DNA from: a virus
Lineage: Duplodnaviria; Caudoviricetes
Length of the DNA: 64,000 bases
Virus record (IMG/VR): IMGVR_UViG_3300048591_000242
Span: 1 to 64,000 of that record
Reading direction: 5' to 3' (one strand)
Both the position numbers and the translations under genes were made by a program. Positions 58,860 to 64,000 of this stretch are shown one piece after another. The first letter of the stretch is position 1. Each line of letters begins with the position of its first letter. Below the pieces are notes generated by a model. The model was not told where the DNA came from. It searched no databases and worked only from the letters and a program-made list of their open reading frames with translations.

Positions 58860-60143
58860 TTAGCTTACATTAGCCAGGTATGATTGTTTCGTTACTATAC
58901 GGTGAGTAACACCATTCGTAGTATAGGTAATATAAGTAACACCGCCTACCAGTAACCTACTGTGATTCACAGGTAGCGCCATTATGCCGTCATCGGTTTC
59001 CGCTATACGTAAACCTTTCTCCATGGCAATTATAGCCTGTTTAGTATTATCCGCTAAGCGATTTAAATTAATATCGTTTATTGGAATAATAGCGTAATCT
59101 GGATATAGCTCACCAAACTCACTGTCCTGAGTACTGTTGTCTTCAGTAATTACTACAAAGCCCATGGACTTATACTGAGACACTGCATAGGTTACTTCAC
59201 TTAGGTTTACCTCTACCGGACTAACGCCTAGCTTTACTGCAGCAGCACGAGCTATGTCAGTATGTTTAACCATAGGACTTAATACGTAGTCTACACTACC
59301 ACTGGAGCGTAGTGCTACGTTATCCCACAGAGGTACTATACTAATAGTGGTATGTATTACTAGATCTGGGAAATAAGGTAACCAGTCATTAATACTAAGT
59401 GTAGTATTAGCTATTAGGAATGCCCTTATAGCCTGGATTTGATTTTCATAAATCAAACCACTGGCGCCATAGGTAACCAGAGTCCATACTAACTCAGTAC
59501 TAAAGTCAGACACAGGGTCTACCCAGCGTAACTTCAACGTAGCTATTTTAGTAGCAGGATCACCATCTCGAATTTCTTCGATATCTACCATCTTAGCGCT
59601 ATAGTCGTAGTCCTCAAGCATAGCTAGCATATTAGCATAGCTAGCATTTAAGTCGTTTGGATTAGGAATAGGCGGTAGTATACGGATTTCATGTTCATCA
59701 TAGGTTTCCCTAAATGTAGCATCAGAGAACCAAATAGCAAACGTAACTGGCTCACCCGCTACTGTAGTATTCCATCTAATCATACCCGGTAGAGATTTAC
59801 CGCCATACTCTATAAGTGGGGTAGAATGCACCAGTACGTCAGAAGGATAACGACTGCCGAATTGCTCCTCAAAGGTAAGTCCGTTTACAAAGTTATCTAG
59901 AATATCTTCTAGTCTTTGTAATATGTACTCATCCGTACCGTTAGGCATATTCTTATTTATGCCATCTTCCTTACAGCTAAATACTTCCACAGAAACTGAT
60001 TCATATGCGTGTTTGGCTATTGTGGTTTTTACGGTACTGAAGGTGCGGGAGTATGTGGATAGCTCCCCTAACGGAGCAATTACATTTAGCCCGCCATCTA
60101 ACATTGAATTTATTGTGGCAAAGCCTTTTATAATAAACGACAT
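58860..60143 (-). CDS. Probable virion structural protein
   Basis: 427 aa; APLGELSTYSRTF motif; GGAG RBS. Confidence 0.6.
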   Translation of the reverse strand: MSFIIKGFATINSMLDGGLNVIAPLGELSTYSRTFSTVKTTIAKHAYESVSVEVFSCKEDGINKNMPNGTDEYILQRLEDILDNFVNGLTFEEQFGSRYPSDVLVHSTPLIEYGGKSLPGMIRWNTTVAGEPVTFAIWFSDATFRETYDEHEIRILPPIPNPNDLNASYANMLAMLEDYDYSAKMVDIEEIRDGDPATKIATLKLRWVDPVSDFSTELVWTLVTYGASGLIYENQIQAIRAFLIANTTLSINDWLPYFPDLVIHTTISIVPLWDNVALRSSGSVDYVLSPMVKHTDIARAAAVKLGVSPVEVNLSEVTYAVSQYKSMGFVVITEDNSTQDSEFGELYPDYAIIPINDINLNRLADNTKQAIIAMEKGLRIAETDDGIMALPVNHSRLLVGGVTYITYTTNGVTHRIVTKQSYLANVS

Positions 60144-60215
60144 ATGAAGCTCCAGTGTATTTTAATGTGTATTTTAGCATAGAATTGGCGTATTGTTTGA
60201 ATTTGCCTTTAAATA

Positions 60216-60232
60216 TATATTACCTTCTTGGA
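60216..60232 (+). promoter_or_regulatory. Putative early promoter TATATTAC-N5-TGGA
   Basis: AAATATATATTACCTTCTTGGA ahead of a small-ORF cluster. Confidence 0.65.
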
Positions 60233-60265
60233 TTTACCTATAAAAACCACACAGAGGAACCGACC

Positions 60266-60592
60266 ATGGCATTACCAGGAGATTATAAAAGCTACACCAA
60301 TTGTGAAAATAAGCAATGTGATGAATGTGAAAACATAGCCTCATATTTGTTTTGTACGGAAGCCGACTCTATGGGTGCAGAATGGATAGCTCTTTGTAGT
60401 ATTCATTTTAAAGAACACAGGGACGCCCCACCCATAGTAGATACCTGTGATTGGTGTGGTGCTAACGATGTTGAAGTTGTGCCTATGAGAGATCAGGAAG
60501 AAGGACACAACGGCCCGGTATATGAAGTATGTGCTCCTTGTAGAAAGGCCCATATTAAACAGATGTCTGAGTTATACAACGATGAGTATTAG
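60266..60592 (+). CDS. Cys-rich putative zinc-binding protein
   Basis: Three CxxC motifs plus CxxH; GAGGA RBS before MALPG. Confidence 0.65.
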   Translation: MALPGDYKSYTNCENKQCDECENIASYLFCTEADSMGAEWIALCSIHFKEHRDAPPIVDTCDWCGANDVEVVPMRDQEEGHNGPVYEVCAPCRKAHIKQMSELYNDEY

Positions 60593-60600
60593 GGGTAATT

Positions 60601-60885
60601 ATGGGTGAGGCTAAAAGAAGAGGCTCTAAGGAAGAAAGAATAAAACAAGGAATTCTTAAAAAAGAAGAACTTAAACGAAATGAAGCCTTAGAGGATTTAC
60701 GTATAAAAGACGAAGCCGCTAAAAAACAGGAGGCCAGACGTATAGAGAACAATAAAAAGATTCCAGATAAAGAAGTATACGTACCTCGTTCTAGCAACCA
60801 TGGGTTAGGTAGGGCTGCACTTCTTACCTCAATTTATGCAGCAGCCGTTGTATGTAATAAAGACAACGACTCTAAGGAAAGCTAA
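60601..60885 (+). CDS. Basic hypothetical protein (MGEAKRR start)
   Basis: 94 aa, GGGG RBS. Confidence 0.6.
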   Translation: MGEAKRRGSKEERIKQGILKKEELKRNEALEDLRIKDEAAKKQEARRIENNKKIPDKEVYVPRSSNHGLGRAALLTSIYAAAVVCNKDNDSKES

Positions 60886-60886
60886 T

Positions 60887-61132
60887 ATGTCCGACAAACG
60901 CAGTGTGAAGATAGAGCTAAATGATCATGAACTAACTTTCCTTTTATTACTGATGGACGGTGAGGGCTATCCTGAGTTAATGGAGAAGTTACACGAAGCC
61001 AAACATAACGTGGAATATCCGACCCTATCCGAGATAGTGGTAACCAGTATACGTAGTATGGATGTCGGTGTTCTTGTATACTTAGTTAAAAACTTCAAAG
61101 ACATAAGAACCAAACTCAATACCAAACAATAA
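60887..61132 (+). CDS. Hypothetical protein
   Basis: AAGGA RBS before MSDKR. Confidence 0.55.
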   Translation: MSDKRSVKIELNDHELTFLLLLMDGEGYPELMEKLHEAKHNVEYPTLSEIVVTSIRSMDVGVLVYLVKNFKDIRTKLNTKQ

Positions 61133-61152
61133 CTCGTATTCGGAGAAATAAA

Positions 61153-61395
61153 ATGCTTCATCCTAGAGCAGACTACAACGATAGAATTCAAGACACCGCT
61201 AATAAAATCCCAGCCAATGAGCCGGTGGTACTATTGAGAGCCCAGGACAAACTAGCCATCTGGCCATTACGCCTATATGTGCTACTCTGCCGCATCTACC
61301 AGGCTAAGCCAGTAGCCGATAGAATAGCTAAGCATATAAAGCTTATGCGAAAGTGGCCCAAAAAGAAAACACCGGACGTACCTTCTAACGTTTAG
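61153..61395 (+). CDS. Hypothetical protein (EPVVLLRAQDKLA motif)
   Basis: 80 aa, GGAG RBS. Confidence 0.6.
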   Translation: MLHPRADYNDRIQDTANKIPANEPVVLLRAQDKLAIWPLRLYVLLCRIYQAKPVADRIAKHIKLMRKWPKKKTPDVPSNV

Positions 61396-61433
61396 CCAAC
61401 ACCTAAAACAAATGTAGGATAGAGGTATTTAAA

Positions 61434-61706
61434 ATGACTGAATTTTCACAACAGCAAATTGAGTCAATACGACATACGGTTAGTGTTTGGGATCAAAGTA
61501 CAAGTATTAAAAGAGCCACTGAAGAACTTATGGAACTTTGCTTAGCTTTGTTACATTTCGACAGGAATAAGGCCACGATAAACGATGTTTTAAACGAAAT
61601 GGCTGATGTAAAAATAGCATTAAAACATCTAGAAATAAAATTTGGTTGCTATCAAACTCAACTCAATGAAAAGGTAATTAAGGGGCAAGTGCCACCTGAT
61701 GTTTAA
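61434..61706 (+). CDS. MazG-like nucleotide pyrophosphohydrolase
   Basis: EELMELCLAL...NEMADV. Confidence 0.6.
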   Translation: MTEFSQQQIESIRHTVSVWDQSTSIKRATEELMELCLALLHFDRNKATINDVLNEMADVKIALKHLEIKFGCYQTQLNEKVIKGQVPPDV

Positions 61707-61726
61707 ATCAATAACGGGAAACTAAA

Positions 61727-62554
61727 ATGAAACAGTATTTAGATTTATTAAGTGAGCTACAGAGTGCAGTAATAAAAGACAACCGAACTGGTATTTCTGC
61801 TGCCTCCAAGTTCTTTCACACCATGGAATTTGACATAGCTAAGAATGGTTTCCCTGCGGTTACTACTAAGAAGTTAGCTATAAAGGCGGTAGTTGGTGAA
61901 TGCTTAGGCTTCTTAAGGGCTTCTTCAAATAGCGCTGAGTTTGAGGCCTTGAAATGTAAGGTTTGGACAGACAATGCCAACAACCACAACCTGAACCCAG
62001 ATGGCAGTATTAAAAGCCGTAATCCATGGCTATCTAATCCATTCAGAAAAGGAGAAAACGATTTGGGTAGAGTCTACGGTGTACAGTGGCGAGACTGGGA
62101 CCACACCACCTATCTATCTAAAGCTGACCTGGAAAGAATGGGTAAGGATATAGCTGGGGGCATTGAAATAGTAACTAGCTTAGGCTATGAGAACTATGGT
62201 TTTTTAGCCGACAAGCAACTTTACGTATTTCGTAAGAAAGTAGATCAAGTTAAGTGGGCTTTAGAAGAGTTGGTTAAGAATCCTTTAAACAGAAGAATTT
62301 TAATTACTGGATGGAACCCTGGGGACTTGGATAAAATGTGCCTACCGCCATGTCATTTATTGCAGCACTGGCAGTGTATGCCTATGTCCATTGACGATCG
62401 TATTAATTACGGTATTGAAAACATAGGTGAGTTGTTTACCCTACCCAGGTTCAACTCCAGAGTAGAGAAAGAGGAAAAAGAAGCAGAGTTATCTAAAGTC
62501 TGTGATTTACACGGTATTCCTAAGTATACCTTAAATCTGATGATGTACCAGCGT
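61727..62554 (+). CDS. thyA: Thymidylate synthase exon 1
   Basis: DNRTG, FPAVTTKK, GRVYGVQWR, catalytic LPPCH; ends at MYQR. Confidence 0.95.
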
Positions 62555-62869
62555 TGAATGTGAGCGCCCTCTAGTCGTGAGGCTAGTTGAATAATTCTTC
62601 CTAAAACGGGAAACTCTCATAGGAGACAATCCGTTGCTAAATTTATGTAAGATAGATATTTACATAATAAATGCCCAGAGGCCATCGAAAGCACCTACGG
62701 ATTAAAATAGGTGATGAGTAGAGTAGGCTCCAAGTGGAGTCGAAACGGAAGAGAGTCTTTAAGGATAAAGACTGTGATATGGTCCAACTCTATAGTGATA
62801 TAGAGCAGCTACTATTTACCTAGAATAGTGGCGGGGTTGTGCTAACGACACAATTTGAAAGTCCGATTG
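62555..62869 (+). ncRNA. Group I self-splicing intron (IA2-like), 315 nt, no internal ORF
   Basis: Exon ends in U and intron ends in G. P1: exon GCGU pairs with GCGC at 62564-62567. P10: UGA at 62561-62563 pairs with exon-2 UCA. Core elements AAAACGGGAAAC, ACAATCCGTTGCTAAAT and P7 GGCCAT/ATGGTC are present. Splicing restores YQR-SAD in frame. Confidence 0.92.
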
Positions 62870-63184
62870 TCAGCGGACACAGTTTTAGGCATACCTTTTA
62901 ATATAGCCTCCTATGCTACTTTTATGCAAATCTTCTGTCGTATTACCGGACATGCTCCTGGTAAGTTTCACTATGTTACTGGCGATACCCACATTTACGG
63001 TAATCACACCGAAGCGGTAAAGGAACAGTTAGCTCGTATGCCCTATGAGAATAGGGTTGAGCTAAAGATAGCTGAGCACTTAGTATCCCTGGAAGACTTT
63101 GAAAGAGCTACACCAGATGACTTTGAGTTGGTTAATTATATTTCTCATGGTAAGCTGCAAAACGAAACAGTAATGGTTATTTAA
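62870..63184 (+). CDS. thyA: Thymidylate synthase exon 2
   Basis: SADTVLGIPFNIASYA...GDTHIYGNH; spliced product 380 aa. Confidence 0.95.
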   Translation, partial: SADTVLGIPFNIASYATFMQIFCRITGHAPGKFHYVTGDTHIYGNHTEAVKEQLARMPYENRVELKIAEHLVSLEDFERATPDDFELVNYISHGKLQNETVMVI

Positions 63185-63228
63185 TAAACAGCTTTGGCAA
63201 CTTACATCTATCCCTATGTACCGTATAT

Positions 63229-63261
63229 GGGTGTGAGTTGTCAAAGACTCACCCTTTTTTT
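63229..63261 (+). terminator. Terminator between thyA and folA, overlapped by a competing stem
   Basis: GGG(TG)TGAGT-8 nt-ACTCACCC followed by T7. Confidence 0.6.
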
Positions 63262-63321
63262 ATTTTTTAATAAATCAGTAAGCTACCAGTATCACTATTA
63301 AAATATTTAGGAGAATGTATT

Positions 63322-63858
63322 TTGAATTTTTCAATTATAGCTGCTTTAGCCTCGGAAAACGTAATAGGCATGGACGGTGGTATGCCTTGGTTTCTTCCGG
63401 GTGACCTTAGATATTTTAAGGAGACTACTAGTAATAGCATTGTGATTATGGGTAGAAAGACATTTGAGTCTATAGGTAAGCCCTTACCTAACAGAAAGAA
63501 CATCATTGTATCTAGAAAGCTACATAAAGGAGACTTAGGGGAAGGTGTAATTATAGCCGATTCCTTACAATCTGCTTTAGTAGAGGCTTCCACTGTATTA
63601 CGCAATACAGAGAATGGATATAAAGATGAGGTCTTTATAATGGGAGGTGGTGAAATCTATAACCAAGCCATTACACTGCCTACGGTAACCAAGCTATACA
63701 TTACTATGGTAGATGCTGTGGTGGACGGAGATACATTTTTCCCAACTATTACCAGTGAGTGGGCCATGGATATGGATTCTATAGTTAAGCCAGATAAGTT
63801 AGAGAGAGACTCTCATGACTATCTGTTCTTAACCTATAATCGCAAGGAGCATAAATAA
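63322..63858 (+). CDS. folA: Dihydrofolate reductase
   Basis: IG.DGGMPWFLPGDLRYFK, IMGRKTFESIGKPLPNRKN, MGGGEIY, GDTFFP. Confidence 0.95.
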   Translation: MNFSIIAALASENVIGMDGGMPWFLPGDLRYFKETTSNSIVIMGRKTFESIGKPLPNRKNIIVSRKLHKGDLGEGVIIADSLQSALVEASTVLRNTENGYKDEVFIMGGGEIYNQAITLPTVTKLYITMVDAVVDGDTFFPTITSEWAMDMDSIVKPDKLERDSHDYLFLTYNRKEHK

Positions 63859-63901
63859 TACGTTTAACGTAATTTTGTTTTTGATTTAAAGAGGGAGTAA
63901 C

Positions 63902-64000
63902 ATGACTAACCGTGACATTTTAAAGGGAATAAGCCCTGTAGTTGTAAAGGCCATGAAAGATGTACAGCCGCGTATGATGTTAAAGGCATCCACTGTACCA
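63902..64000 (+). CDS. Start of a hypothetical protein, truncated by the window edge
   Basis: GGGAG RBS, ATG, open frame to the end. Confidence 0.55.
   Translation, partial: MTNRDILKGISPVVVKAMKDVQPRMMLKASTVP

Noticed and set aside
61727-63184. thyA as a broken pseudogene or stop-codon readthrough
   Set aside because: The intervening 315 nt has group I intron pairings, and its removal restores an intact conserved frame

Overview
A 64 kb segment of a phiKZ-like jumbo phage genome, probably infecting a gammaproteobacterium. It holds the major capsid gene (5'-truncated by the window), a beta-like RNA polymerase subunit, RuvC, the portal, HU, a probable central spike, a ~23 kb minus-strand battery of nine FG-GAP beta-propeller tail/adhesin paralogs with three chaperone-like paralogs, further tail/baseplate genes, and a thyA-folA pair. 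thyA is split by a 315-nt ORF-less group I intron. The main finding is at 21064-23683: a 477-aa IS110/Nop-fold protein with no recognisable nuclease domain, followed directly by a 1.1 kb non-coding array of ~30 units of 36 nt (AGTAAACC-N10-AGTTACCC-N10). This is the architecture of TIGR-Tas RNA-guided systems. Joining the two spacers of a unit TIGR-style repeatedly rebuilds Shine-Dalgarno plus start-codon sequences, which suggests a nuclease-less RNA-guided regulator aimed at gene starts. Other leads are a SutA-like protein, a tandem single-chain HU-like protein, a terminator/antiterminator switch before folA, a hairpin-rich non-coding locus at 19.9-20.4 kb, and a conserved early-promoter motif. 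All family assignments come from motif recognition by eye; no database searches were run.
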